From contig DATDVR010000005.1 of NCBI GenBank assembly GCA_035289925.1, positions 45,692 through 109,691 of the forward strand: a DNA stretch of 64,000 nucleotides. Direction: 5' to 3'. This DNA is from Candidatus Nanoarchaeia archaeon. Its GTDB lineage: Archaea; Nanobdellota; Nanobdellia; SCGC-AAA011-G17; DATDVL01. Within the stretch, counting starts at the first letter, position 1. Every line of letters begins with the position of its first letter. The notes under the pieces were generated by a model, which worked only from the letters and a program-made list of their open reading frames with translations, did not search any database and was not told where the DNA came from. Both the position numbers and the translations under genes were made by a program. Positions 63,548-64,000 of the stretch are shown in pieces.

Positions 63548-64000
63548 ATGGAAGGCCGAATAATCAGAACAATTGAAAAAGCAGTATTGCTAGGGAAAAA
63601 TCTCAAAGAGAGGCATCCTGAAATTGCCCAGATGTATAGACAAAATGGTGATGGTATGCTATCTTACCAAGAGATTGCAATGAAATTAAGATTACCTACT
63701 AGATGCCATCTAAAAAAAAGAATTACAGCATTGGCTGTCTCATATACATTAAAGGGTTATGATGGTAAAGGTGAATTCACTGAACCTTATGAAGGCTTGA
63801 TTAAAGATAGAAGCGAATTGGAAATATTGTGCAAGCAACATGAGATTAATGGATCAAGAAAAGCAGGCAGATATATTGTAGAAAACAAAAAAGGCATTCA
63901 TGGCATGAGCGAAAAGAGAAGAAGAAAGCTAGGAAGAATAAGGGGGCTAGATTCTTATTTAAGAAAAGTTGGAGTTCATGCAAGAACTGAAGAAAAGATG
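63548..64000 (+). CDS. 5' part of a hypothetical gene running off the right edge
   Basis: ATG at 63548. The frame stays open for 151 codons to the window end (MEGRIIRTIEKAVLLGKNLKERHPEIAQMYRQ...). It has no stop, so it is not in the ORF track. Confidence 0.45.
   Translation, partial: MEGRIIRTIEKAVLLGKNLKERHPEIAQMYRQNGDGMLSYQEIAMKLRLPTRCHLKKRITALAVSYTLKGYDGKGEFTEPYEGLIKDRSELEILCKQHEINGSRKAGRYIVENKKGIHGMSEKRRRKLGRIRGLDSYLRKVGVHARTEEKM

Noticed and set aside
1-64000. Search by eye for CRISPR arrays, rRNA genes and other tRNAs (T-loop GTTCAAATC/GTTCGAATC on both strands)
   Set aside because: I noticed no regularly spaced 25-40 nt direct repeats and no rRNA-like GC-rich blocks. Only three tRNA-like T-arms were found (Ser, iMet, Trp). 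The scan was not exhaustive.

Overview
This is an AT-rich archaeal chromosome segment. Evidence for archaeal origin: diphthine synthase, archease, TTTATAAA-type TATA boxes about 25-30 nt upstream of starts, a class-III-signal pilin, and bulge-helix-bulge tRNA introns. The gene content looks like a reduced, DPANN-like genome, but that is inference only. Housekeeping genes are dphB, thiI, a Dus-family tRNA-dihydrouridine synthase, rnhB, guaB, an SMC ATPase interrupted by a LAGLIDADG intein, a ZIP transporter, archease, and a GTPase/DUF2073/Zn-ribbon operon. Accessory content is listed below.

1. An ~11.5 kb integrated element (about 2504-14014) sits at tRNA-Ser(GCU). It is bounded by a 13-nt perfect direct repeat of the tRNA 3' end and has a tyrosine integrase next to the tRNA. 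It carries a TIR-like (DUF1863) cassette, a trypco2-like pair, stand-alone Cdc48-N-domain paralogues, lipoproteins and small DNA-binding proteins.
2. A solo TnpB lies next to what I read as an initiator tRNA-Met gene split by four BHB-type introns. A free-standing LAGLIDADG-like ORF abuts it.
3. A toxin-antitoxin/defence-rich stretch holds two VapBC pairs flanking thiI, an AbiE-like pair and an MNT/HEPN pair.
4. A ~19 kb same-strand surface operon (34154-52931) is led by a 4280-aa LamG-repeat giant protein. It is followed by a type IV pilin-like protein and several Ig-like, C-terminally anchored proteins.
5. An IS6-like transposase lies next to tRNA-Trp, followed by an EVE-Dam-HNH module.

No rRNA genes or CRISPR arrays were seen. 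All domain calls come from motif recognition by eye, not from searches.
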